Below, piece after piece: positions 11,590 through 22,549 of a stretch of DNA of 64,000 nucleotides. How positions within the stretch are numbered: the first letter of the stretch is position 1; each line of letters starts with the position of its first letter. Source of the stretch: Mobula birostris (Eukaryota); assembly GCF_030028105.1 (NCBI RefSeq), contig NC_092379.1, positions 29,195,821 to 29,259,820 of the forward strand, in the 5' to 3' direction. The notes under the pieces were generated by a model. It did not search any database. It worked only from the letters and a program-made list of their open reading frames with translations, and was not told the DNA's origin. The position numbers were made by a program, and so were the translations under genes.

Positions 11590-13180
11590 GCGCAAGGCGG
11601 CTGAGAAGGATCCAGGATAAAAGGGACACAGTGCCTAGCGGAATCGGTCGTCGAAAGAGTGACCGTCGGAGCAGTGTGAGTCAGAGTAGCGGTGCTTTGG
11701 CTGATCGGAGCCTCGGCGAGGGCGGCCTAGGGGAGGAAAGGAGTTAAGATGCGTCCGTACCTCGTTTTCCCTCTAACTTAAGAATAGTGGTTATGACTGC
11801 AAGGCCAGATTTCTGCTCTGGTTGTCACATTTGGGATATCCGGAGACTTCCATCTGCGCCAGCTGCATCAAGCTGCAGCCGTTAGTGACCGAGTTAAGGA
11901 AATCGAACTGCAGCTCGATGACTTCGGCTTGTTAAGGAAAGTGAGGAGGTGATCGATAGGAGATACAAGCAGTTGTCATACCGTGGCCATAGGAGACAGA
12001 TAAGTGGGTGACTGTCAGGAGAAGGAAGGGAGAGCGTCAGGTAATGGCGAGCATCCCTGCGGCTGTACCCCTTAACAATAAGTTCTCCATTTTGAGTGCT
12101 GTTGGTGGGGGCGACCTATCTGTGGGAAGCAACAATGGTCGTGCCTCTAGAACTGAGTCTAGCCTTATGACTCAGAACGGCAGGGAATGGAAGAGGATGG
12201 CATCAGTGATAGGGGACACTAGTTAGGGGAACAGAAAGGCTACTCTGTGGAAACGAAAAAGAAACGCGGATGGTAGTTTGGATCCCAGGTGCCAGGGTTC
12301 ATGCTGAACGTGTCCACAATATCCTGAAAGGTGAGGGTGAGCAGCCAGAAGTCGTGATACATATTGGTACCAACGATATAGGTAGAAAAATGGAGATGGT
12401 CCTGAAAAAATAAATATTACAGGGAGTCAGGAAGGAAGCTACAAAGCAGGGACACAAGGGTAGTAATCTCGGGATCGCTGTCTGTGCCACGCGACATGGA
12501 GTATAGAAATACAGTGAACTGGCGGATTAATGCGTGATTGAAGGATTGGACTGGGGTTAGTGATTCAGATTTCTGGATTATTAGGAACACTTTAGACGCG
12601 GTTGTGGACGGTACAAAAAGGATGGGTTGTACTTGAATCTGAGGGGGATCAATAACCTGGCGGGGAGGTTTACTACTGCTACTGGGGAAGGTAGTTTGTG
12701 AAGAAGGCTAGGCAGATGATAGAGCAAAGATGAACTCATCCTGATGGTTTGAGATGTGTCTATTTTAATGCAACGCGTATTATAAACCAGGCGGATCAAT
12801 ACTTGGATCTGTCACGTTGTGGCCATTACAGAGACTGTGTCAGAAACAGGAATGGCTGCTGATTGTGCCAGGTTTTAGATGCTTCAAAAAGGAGAAGGAC
12901 GGAGGCAAAATAGCTGGGGAATGCCATTGCTGATCGGGGATAGTGTCACCGCTGCAGGAAAGGATTTAAGTCATGGAGGGATTATCAGTGTGGGTGGAGT
13001 TGGAACAAGAAAGGGGGCAATAACTCAACTGGGTGTTTATAGCCACCGCCCCTTTCCCCTTCCCAATAGTAACAGAGACATCGAGGGGTAGATACGGAAA
13101 CATATGTTCTCAGGCAAGGCAAAAATGTGCCAAATATTCAGGGAACAACTTTGCAGGCCGTAGGGGCTGTAATGTGCTGT
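11590..13180 (+). mobile_element. CR1 5' portion (5'UTR, decayed ORF1 Zn-finger/esterase, start of ORF2), 3'-truncated
   Basis: MTARPDFCSGC..CASC zinc finger; VIHIGTND and KKDGLYLN esterase motifs; CVYFNA endonuclease start; paralogue at 17960-19900. Confidence 0.85.
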
Positions 13181-13730
13181 AGATTTCTTTGTTTCATGTC
13201 CTATGCTCTGTGTCCTTTTCTACCTGCACGAGATTGCTATCTCTTCGCTTCTTGCTCGACTAAACTCATCGCTATCCTACCCTTTCTTATTTTGTCCTCT
13301 TTGTCGCTTTTTTCTTCTTTCTTCCATTTCCCCCACTTTCCTTCCCTCTGTCTCGTTCCTTCCCTTCCTCTTATTCTTTTTTTCCATTTTTCTTTCCTTC
13401 CTATTCCGTTGTTCACTACTTTGCTTCTTCTCATTCCTCTCCATCGCTATTTCCTTCCGTTTCTCTTCTTCTTTCTTTCCACATTCTCCATTCCCCTTTC
13501 ACTTACTTCCTCTGTACCCCATTCTCAATTTCACTTGCTCACGCTCTCCTCCCCGTTTCTGCAATTCTGTCTCTCTCTCTCGGTCATCCCACTTATTACT
13601 CTCTCGATCACTAATTCTTTAGTTCTGTCACTTCTTCATTGCTCTATGCGTCTCCATCTTTCATTTACTTACTCTTCATTTCTCACTGTTTGTCTCTCTC
13701 CCTCAGACGGCACTCCTGCCTTCCACATCA
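13180..13730. repeat. CT-rich low-complexity tract downstream of the V RSS
   Basis: Direct reading; paralogue at 19940-20500. Confidence 0.9.
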
Positions 13731-14033
13731 CACTCCCTATATAACAAAACGCTATCTACACATAATATGCATCTCTGGCCTTCCTTCCCTCCGCGTCCGA
13801 AAACAACGGACACGCCACTGAGGACAGAAAGAAAGAGGAAAGCCGTTGCTCGTTAGTGGCTGTGGTTCTCAGGGGCTGTTGTTGAGGGTGTTGAATCACT
13901 TGGCACTCGCCCTGCAGACTTCAGTAGCCTCAGTTCAAGGAGGGTGCATTTTTGTCTCGGTCCCAAGGACGGGCCTTATTAAGTGCGTAGGGCTCAGTGC
14001 GCCCTCTACGGCGAGCGCCCACTACACAGGGTG

Positions 14034-14072
14034 AGTTTTTGTCACGATCCGCCGTTAGCCTGGAACGCTGTG
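14034..14072 (-). other. 23-bp-spacer recombination signal sequence
   Basis: Heptamer CACAGCG (14072-14066), 23-nt spacer, nonamer ACAAAAACT (14042-14034). Confidence 0.95.
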
Positions 14073-14504
14073 GGATCCACGGCGCAAATATACAGGGCGG
14101 AATCCGGCATGACAGTCTCGGAGATACTTATATGAAACCGCTGGCCAGTTTTGTTGAGAGAACCTGAAACCCTCAAAGAAATGCCTTCACCCCGAACCGG
14201 GTTTCCAGTGCTGAATATTGTCAACAATTGTTTCAGAGATTTTCCAGAATATAGAGCGTACCACAGATAAGCTCTGACCGTTCCCGAGTAGCTGCAGCTC
14301 AGCGACGCTGTCTGACTTTCCTCGATCATTAATTCCCTCCGATCCTGAGTCACCGAGATTGCCGCACTCGTACCTGTAACAAATCCCAGAGTGTGTGAGC
14401 GGCGCCGGATCGCACTGAACATGAAAAACACGCGCCAACCGATTAACCAGAGACTCACTAGGGAGAGCAGCCGTTAGAATCAGCAACCAATACATGGGAG
14501 ACAT
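14073..14504 (-). CDS. TRAV: T-cell receptor alpha/delta-type V gene, apparently intact (leader 14504-14459, intron 14458-14374, V exon 14373-14073)
   Basis: Spliced ORF MSPMYWLLILTAALPSTSAAISVTQD...SLSCSYSGTVRAYLWY...DSALYICAVD has Cys23, Trp41, Cys104, a GT-AG phase-1 intron and a 23-RSS. The alpha/delta assignment is inferred from the CAV end and overall similarity. Confidence 0.9.
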
Positions 14505-14559
14505 GGTGTCTGCATTACAATCAATATAATTTATGAAATTGTGACTTGAGAGAAGGTAT

Positions 14560-14665
14560 TACCTTCACGTCTGGACCAGTAGGGACTTAATAGGAGACAG
14601 GAGGCGTGTCTCTCGCACCTCATTTGGCACTTACGCAAGATAAAGGATTATGAAACCAATCAGAA
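14560..14665 (-). promoter_or_regulatory. V promoter module: CRE-like AGACGTGA, TTGCGTAA, CTGATTGG
   Basis: Motifs at 14565-14572, 14631-14638, 14656-14663, in conserved order relative to the ATG in paralogues. Confidence 0.6.
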
Positions 14666-15039
14666 CAGGCGTGTGTTAACAGACTCTCTCAGTTTCTCGC
14701 TCATGGTCCTTCTCGCCCGTCTTCATCTTGTCGTCTGAATCCTTCCAACATCCTCTCTCCCTCCCTTCTTTCTCTCCCTTAATCAATTTCTCAACTGTTT
14801 GCCGACTCTTCTCTTCTTTCTCTTTTCCCCTCTCTTTTCCTTTCTCATTTGTTCGGAGCCACTTTTACCCGTTTTCCTTTGAAGTAAGTGAGTAGTTTGC
14901 ATCAGTCATCACTGTGGGAGACACCAGCATGTACCAGCTGTTAAAGGGTGCAGGGAAGAGAAGCGAATGCAATTACAATTACAAAGGAAAAGCTGCTCAA
15001 AATGCCGAAGGACCGAAAGATACTAAGTCATCCAGACCC

Positions 15040-16570
15040 GACGAACTGCACGCTATGTTTCTGTGAGAGCTAGCGGTACAGATTGCGGAGGCATTAGTAA
15101 AGATCCTTCAGAAATCATTGGACTCTGGCATGTGGCAGAGGACTGGAAAATTGCAAATGCCTCTCCACTCTTTAAGGAAGGAGAAAGGCAGAAAAGAAAT
15201 TATAGACCAGTTAGCTTGACCTCAGTGACTGGAGTCAATTGTTCAGGATAATTTTATGGAGGACTTGGTGACACCGGACAAGATAGGGCAAAGTCAGCAT
15301 GGTTCCTTAAGGGAAAATCTTGCCTGACGAACCTGACGGAATTTTCTGAGGGGATTACAAGAAGGATAGATTAAAAAAGCATGTAATGGATGTTGTACAT
15401 TTCGATTTTAAAAAAGGCCTTTGACAAGGTGCCACACAGAAAGCTGCTTACCAAGATATAAGCCCATGTTATTACCGGAATGTTTAGATCATTGAATGAT
15501 TGGTAGGAGACAGCGAGTGGGAATAAAAGATCTTTTATTTCTGATTGGCTGCCAGAGGCTAGTGGTGTTCCACTGCGGTCGGTGTTGGGCCTTTTCCTTT
15601 TCTGCTGAATATCAATGATTTCTAAGATGGAATAAATGGCTTTGTTGCCAGTTTGCAGCTGATGCGAAGATTGGTGGAGGTGCAGGTAGTGTTGAGGAAA
15701 CAAATAGGCTGCAGAAGGACTTAGGCAGATTAGGAGAATGGAAAAGAGAGTGCCAAATGAAATACAAAGTTGAATAATGCATGGTCATCACTTTGGTCGA
15801 AGAAATAAATGTGCAGACTATTTCCGAAAAGGGGAGAAAATCCAAAACCCTGAGATGCAAAGATGCAGAGGGATTTGGGAGTTCTTGTGCAGAACACCGG
15901 GAAGATTAACTTGCAGGTCGAGTCGGCAGTAAGAAGGCAACTGCAGTATTAGCATTTATTTCAAGAGGTCGAGAATACAAGAGCAGGGATGTGATGCTGA
16001 CACTTTAAAAGGCAGTGGTGAGGTCTCACCTTGAGTATTGTGAACAGCTTTGGGGTGCTCATCTAAGAAAAATATACTGCCATTGGACAGAGCTCATAGG
16101 AGGTTTTCAAGGATTATTCGGGGAAAGCAAGTGTTAGCATACGAGGAAATTTAACAGTTCTAGGTCTGCACCCATTGGAATTTAGAAGAATAAGGAGGGA
16201 TCTCATTGAAACGTTTCCAATGCTGAAAGTCCGAGACGACAGATATGGAAAGGATGTTTCCTATAGTGGGTGATTTTCGGACAAGAGGGCAGAGCTCAGG
16301 AAAGAGGGCCGTCAATTTAAAACAGAGATGCAGAAAAATTTCTTTAGTCAGACGGTGGTGAATTTCTGGAAATTGTTACCACCTGCAGCCGTGGAGGTCA
16401 GGTCGTTTGGTGTATTTAAAGCAGAGCTTGATACGTTCTTGTTTGGCCAAGGCACGAAAGGAGTTGAGGAGGGAGGAAAGTAGATCAGTCATGACTGAAT
16501 AGTGCAGCAGACTCGCTGACCCAAATGGCCTAATTCTGCTGCTATGTCTTATGGTCTTATGGTCTTTGGT
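15040..16570 (+). mobile_element. Decayed CR1 3' half (duplicate of 440-1985)
   Basis: Colinear with 440-1985 at an offset of ~14.6 kb, same tail. Confidence 0.85.
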
Positions 16571-17038
16571 ATATTTCAAAATGAGCAGGTTTTAACAGAG
16601 TCTCTCACTTTTTCGCTCTTGACCGTTCTTGCGCATCTCCTTCTTGCCTGTTTTCACTCATTCTCACCTGTTTTCTAACTCTTCTTCCCTTTCGCTCAAT
16701 CCCTCTCTTTACCTTTCTCTTTATTTGTTCTCCATCTTTACCCATTTTCTCCACTCTCTCCTCTCCCTCACACCTCCCACTTCCTGAATGTCTCTATCCC
16801 TCTCGCTTTCCACTTTCCGGCCTCTCCTTGCTCTGCCTTTCTTTGTCTCTTTATCGCCTTTTCTTTCTCTCTCTAAATTATTTTGCTCTGTCTCTCTCTA
16901 CCGCTCTCTCTCCCTTTCTCTCTTCCTTCTCTCACTCTCACTCTCACTCTCTCTGTCTACCTGTCTGTCTCTCTGTCTCTCTCACTCTTTCTCCCACATG
17001 CAAGCACATAGCTTCCATAATAATGGCTACGCACTGTG

Positions 17039-17500
17039 ACTATGACTATCCCATGGATCAATTACAGGAGGACGGATGTTAAAAAATAAAGAACGTATCT
17101 GGTCTGAAACAATAGCCAATCTTTCTCCTGTTGCTAACATTTGTAACTGTCGTTCATCCATCAAGAGTGTGATCGTCATGTCTCGCATACTCACTAATCA
17201 GAGTATGGAGCACCGCAAAGATGGTAAAGGACAAAGGAGAGACCTCCATTGTGGTCTGGTTCCCTTATGTAAATAGACTAGGTGCAAATTCATGACGAAG
17301 GATATACACAGAACCTTCATTTTGGGTGATGTGCCTGTCCGTTTAAGGATTTATGTTCGGTGTTTATAGGGCTGAGTGTTTATATACCGAAAATAAATGT
17401 CGATTGAACGGTATGCTTCTGGATTGGAGATTAGGTGGTTAGTATTATTGGACATACAGGATATTGAGAGGATTTTAGAGGATAATTGCCGAGTGGACAC
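17039..17500 (-). pseudogene. Heavily decayed V-like relic (family C) with leader-like exon and a perfect heptamer at 17032-17038
   Basis: Homology to 8950-9350; leader-like GTGTCCACTCGG...ATATCCT/GTATGT; LSFVLYHLCGAPY motif; CCAATCAG at 17587. Confidence 0.45.
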
Positions 17501-17959
17501 TTCGCCTGGTGAACGGAATCAAGACAAAGCAATGTCGATAAGTTTGTGACACTTTGACTTCAGAAGAAGGGCAATAATTCCAGTCGCCAATCAGAATGGG
17601 ATTTGCTTCCGTTTGTGTGTTTGTCTCTATTTGTCTTTGTAGCCCATTCTCTCTCGAGCTTCTCCTGCCGTTGTCTCTTCTACTTTCACTCATTTACAAT
17701 CATTACCAAGCACTCTTCGCGTCACTCGCTTTCTGTTCTACGACTTATCTTTCTCTGTCTCCATCTGTCTCTCTCTCTCTCTCTCTCCCCCCCCCCCCCC
17801 CCACCTCTCTCACTAATCATCATCTCTCCCTGCCTCTCCGGCATTTCTTCATAGCCCCTCTACTCAGTACCAATGTCTCCCACTCAAAGTCTCCATCCCT
17901 TTTCAATTTGGCGAAGTGCACAGACTCAGTAGCCCATCATCGCGCAAGGCGGCTGAGGA

Positions 17960-19900
17960 GGATCCAGGATAAAAGAGAGTCAGTGCCTCGCGGAGCGGTC
18001 GTCGAAGGAGTGACCGTCCGAGTAGTGTGAGTCAGAGTAGCGGTGCTTTGGCTGATCGGAGCCTCGGCCGGGGAGGCCGAGGAGAGGTAAGGCTATAAAT
18101 TGCGTTAATATCTCGTTTTTCCTCTAACTTAAGAATAGTGGTAATAACAGCAAGGCCAGTTTTCTGCTCTGGTTGTCAGACCTGGGATATCCGAGAGGCT
18201 CCCAGCCTCGCTGGTGGCCACATCTGCGCCAGCTGCATCGAGCTGCAGCTCGTTAGTGACCGATTTAAGGAAATTGAGCTGCAGCTCGATGACTTCGGCT
18301 TGTTAGGGAAAGTGAGGAGGTGATCGATAGGAGCTGCAGGCAGTTGTCATACCAGGGCCATAGGAGACAGATAAGTGGGTGACTGTCAGGAGAAGGAAGG
18401 GAGAGCGTCAGGTAAAGACGAGCATTCCCGTGGCCTACCCCCTTAACAATAGGTACTCCATTTTGAGTGCTGTTGCGGGGAGGCGACCTATCTGGGGGAA
18501 GCAATAATTGCCGTGCCTCTGCAACTGAGTCTAGCTCTGTGGCTCAGAACGGCAGGGAATGAAAGAGGATGGCATCAGTCATAGGGGACTCTTTAGTTAG
18601 GGAAAGACAGGCTATTCTGTGGGTGCGAAAAAGAAACGCGGATGGTATTTTGGATCCCAGGTACCAGAGATGATGGTGAACGTGTCCACAATATCCTGAA
18701 AAGTGAGGATGAGAACCCAGAAGTCGTGATACATATTGGTACCAACGACATTGGTAGAAAAAGGGAGGAGGCTCTGAAGAAAAAAAGAATAACAGGGAGT
18801 AAGGAAGCTTCGAAGCAGGGCCTCCAGGGTAGTAATCTCGGGATTGCTGTCTCTGCCACCCGAATGGGAAAGTAGGAATAGAATGAGCTGGCGGATTATT
18901 GCGTGACTGAAGGATGGGAGCAGGGGACGATGATTTAGAATTCTGGTTCATTGGGAACTCTTTAGACGCGGCTGTGACCTGTACAAAAAAAGGGGGCTGC
19001 ACTTGAATTCGAGGGGGATGAATATCCTGCGGGGAGGTTTGCTAATTCTACTGGGGAAGGTTTAAACTAGAAATGCAACAGGTGGGAACCAAAGGGAAGA
19101 GGCAGAGGATGAGGCCATTGGCGCACTAGTAGTGACAGCTTGTAGGAAGCTTGTGAAGAAGGTTAGGGTGATGATAAAGCAAAGAAGCACTCATCCTGAT
19201 GGTTTGAGGTGTGTCTATTTTAATGCAAGGAGTATCATAAACAAGGCGGATCAATACTTGGAGCTATCACGTTGTTGCCATTACAGAGACTGTGTCAGGG
19301 CAGGAATGGCTTCTGAGTGTGCCAAGCATTAGATGTTTGAAAAAGAAGAGGGACGGAGGCAAGATAGCTGGGGCATGACATTGCTGATCGGGGATAGCGT
19401 CGCCACTGCAGGAAGGAGAAAGTCATGGAGGGATTATCTACTAAATCAGTGTGGGTGGAAGTCGGAACAAGAAAGGAGGGTAATAACTCAACTGGGTGTT
19501 TTACAGCCAATTCCTCCCCCCCCGCCCACACTTCACAATAGTAACAGAGACATCGAGGGGCAGATAGGACGGTACAATAATAACAGGTTTGTTGTGATAG
19601 GAGATTTTAACTTTTCTAATATTGACTGGCATCTCTTTAGAGGAAGGAGTTCAGATGGAGTGCAGTTTATTAGGTGTGTTCAGGGAATTTTCCTGATGCA
19701 ATATGTAGATAGGCTGCACTTGATCTGGCATTGGGAAATGAACCTAGTCAGGTGTCAGATCTCGTTAGGAGAGCATTTTGGAGATAGTGCTGTAGAAAAT
19801 ATGATGCTATTAGGCAGAAACTTCGGAAAATAAATTGGGAGCATATGTTCTCAGGGAAAGGCACGACAGAAATGTGTCAAATGTTCAGGGAAAAACATTG
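17960..19900 (+). mobile_element. CR1 5' portion, duplicate of 11590-13180, extending further into the endonuclease
   Basis: ORFs 18138, 18642, 19132, 19333 (VVIGDFNFSNIDW). Confidence 0.85.
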
Positions 19901-20793
19901 CGGGCGAATAGCCTGTAACGTGCTGTAACTTTCTTTGTTCTATGTCCTATGCTCTATTTTCTTTTCTACTTGCACGAGATTGCTGTATTTTCGCTTCTTA
20001 CTCGACTAATCTCATCGCTATCCTACCCTTTCTTATTGTGTCCTCTTTGTCCCTTTTTCCTTCCTTCTTCCTTTTCCCTCACTTTCCTTCCCTCTGTCTC
20101 GTTCCTTACCTTCCTCTTATTCTTCATTTCCATTTTTCTTTCCTTCCTATTCCGTTGCTCACTACTTTACCTCTTCTCATTCCTCTCCACCGCTATTTCA
20201 TTCTGTTTCTTTTCTTCTTTCTTTCAACATTCTCCATTCTCCTTTCACTTACTTCCTCTGTACCCCATTCTCATTTTCACTTGCTCACGCTCCCCTCCCG
20301 TCTCCACATTTCTCTCTCCCTCCCTCTCTCTCTCCCTCTCTCTCTCTCTGTCTCTCGCTCATCCCTCTTATTACTGTCTCGATAACTTTAGTGCTCTCAC
20401 TTCTTCATTGCTCTCTCTGTCTCCATCTTTCACTTACTCTTCATTTGTCATTGTTTGTCTCTCTCCCTTTCCCTCAGACATCACCCCTGCCTTCCACATC
20501 ACTCTCCCTATATATCAGAACGCAATCTACACATAATATACATCTCTCGCCTTCCTTCCCTCCGCGTCCGAAAATAAGGGACAGGCCACTAAGGACAGAA
20601 AGAAGGAGGAACGTCGTTGCTCGTTAGTGGCTGTGGTTCTCAGGGGCTGTCGGTGAGGGTGATGAATCGCTTGGCACTCGCCATGCAGACTTCAGTAGCC
20701 TCAGTCCAAGGAGAGTACAGTTTTGCCTGGGTCGAATGGACGGGCCTTGATAAGTGTTGTGGATGGAGCTCAGAGCGCCCACGACACAGGGTG

Positions 20794-20832
20794 AGTTTTT
20801 GTCCTGATCCGCCGTCACCCTGGAACACTGTG
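20794..20832 (-). other. Consensus 23-bp-spacer RSS
   Basis: CACAGTG (20832-20826), 23-nt spacer, ACAAAAACT (20802-20794). Confidence 0.97.
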
Positions 20833-21264
20833 GGCTGCACGGCGCAAAGGCACAGGGCGGAATCCGGCATAACAGTCTCGGAGATAGTTATGTGAAACCG
20901 CTGGCTAGTTTTGTTCAGAGAACCCGAAATCCCGACCGGGCTGTCTTCAGACTGAACCGCATCGCCCGTGCTGAATATCGTCAACAATTTTTTCAGTGAC
21001 TTTCCAGAATGTTGAGCGTACCACAGATAGGCTGTGCCGGTTTCCGAGTAGCTGCAGCTCAGTGACACTCTCTGTCCTTCCTTCGTTATTAATTCCTTCG
21101 GATCCTGAATCACCGAATTTGCACAACTCGTACCTGTAACAAATGCCGAAGTATGAGAGAGGCGCCGGGTCGTAGTGGCCACGTCGAACACGCGCTAACT
21201 GGCCAGGCAGAGACTCACCATGCAGAGCAGTAATTAGTATCAGCAACCAACACAGGGGAGACAT
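20833..21264 (-). CDS. TRAV: T-cell receptor alpha/delta-type V gene, open frame (leader 21264-21219, V exon 21133-20833); conserved Tyr102 replaced by Cys
   Basis: Spliced ORF MSPLCWLLILITALHGTSCANSVIQDP...SLSCSYSETGTAYLWYAQHSG...DSALCLCAVQ; canonical splice sites; consensus RSS. Confidence 0.88.
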
Positions 21265-21324
21265 GGTGTCCGCATTTAAGTTAAAAATCGGATTTCATGA
21301 AAACATGACTCGAGAGGAAGCAAT

Positions 21325-21432
21325 AGCTTCACGTTAGGACGAGCAACACACTCTGTGGGCGACAGGTGGCGCATCTCTCGCACCTGATCTATCACTTACG
21401 CAAAATGGGGGGGATTCTAGATCCAATCAGAA
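21325..21432 (-). promoter_or_regulatory. V promoter module
   Basis: TAACGTGA 21329-21336, TTGCGTAA 21396-21403, CTGATTGG 21423-21430. Confidence 0.6.
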
Positions 21433-21735
21433 CGAGGATGTATTAACAGAGTCTCTCAGTTTCTTACACTAGGCTCTTCCCGCGCGACTGCTCCTTGCAG
21501 TCCGGCACTATCTCTCCTTCTCTTCTTTCTCTCCCTTAATCACTCTATCTCACCTGTTTCCTGAGCCTTCTCAGCTTTCTCTTTTCCCGTCTCTCCCTTT
21601 CTCTCTTTTTGTTCTCCCTCTCTTTTAGCTATTTTCCTTTTCCTATTATTTTCTCTCCCTTTCTCGCTCTCTCTTTCCTTTTCTCCACTCCCTCATTGCC
21701 TCCTCCCCTTTTGCTTTCCCCTCTCTGCCTTCGCA

Positions 21736-21894
21736 NNNNNNNNNNNNNNNNNNNNNNNNNNNNNNNNNNNNNNNNNNNNNNNNNNNNNNNNNNNNNNNNN
21801 NNNNNNNNNNNNNNNNNNNNNNNNNNNNNNNNNNNNNNNNNNNNNNNNNNNNNNNNNNNNNNNNNNNNNNNNNNNNNNNNNNNNNNNNNNNNNN
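21736..21894. other. Assembly gap (N run)
   Basis: 159 N bases following a CT-rich tract. Confidence 1.
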
Positions 21895-21899
21895 TCAAT

Positions 21900-22540
21900 G
21901 TTGAACTTGTAGAAGAGGTAGGTGACTAGATTTAATCTTCTGCGAGATGCCTGGAGACATTGCGACGGTTAGTCACATAGACCAATTTGGCGATATGTGC
22001 AGACGACCAACCCATAGAAGCGGGTGTTAAAGAATGGAGAACGAAGGTGGAGTGATCAAATGGCCTGGTCTTTCTCCTCTAGCTAATGATGGTTACGTTG
22101 GAAGTCATACTGGTTACTGTGGTTCACTGTTCAAGTGAACCCGACCTTTTCTCCTTGGAGCGGCAGAGGATGAGAGGTGACCTGATATAAGATGATGAGA
22201 GGCATTGATCGTGTGAATAGTCAGAGGCCTTTCTCCCAGGGCCGTAATGCCTAACACGAGAGTTCACAGTTTTAAGGTGCTTGGAAGCAGGTACAGAAGA
22301 GATGTCAGGGGTAGGTTTCTAACGCAGACAGTAGTCAGTGCATGGAATGGGCTGCCGGCAACGGTGGTGGAGGCAGATACTATAGGGTATTTTAAAAAAA
22401 ATCCTGGATAGGTACATGGAGCTTAAAAAGGGCTATGGGTAACCCTAGGTAATTTCTAAAGTAAGGACATGTTCAGCACAGCATTGTGGGCCGAAGGGCG
22501 TATATTCTGCTGTAGGTTTTCTAAGTTTATATGTTTCTAA
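21900..22540 (+). mobile_element. CR1 3' fragments
   Basis: FSLERQRMRGDL-like sequence and a (TTTCTAAG)-like tail. Confidence 0.75.
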
Positions 22541-22549
22541 GTGTCTGAT

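Noticed and set aside
13127-13744. Many Leu/Ser/Phe-rich or Arg/Glu-rich ORFs in the ORF track (e.g. 3425-3979, 13127-13744, 19949-20536, 35882-36352)
   Set aside because: They are translations of (CT)n/(GA)n low-complexity tracts.
14073-21264. IgH/IgL, NAR or TAILV identity for the intact Vs
   Set aside because: No octamer in the promoters, CAV-type ends, no IgH-like WVRQ or YYCAR motifs and no clustered D-J-C nearby. TCR alpha versus delta still cannot be resolved from this window.
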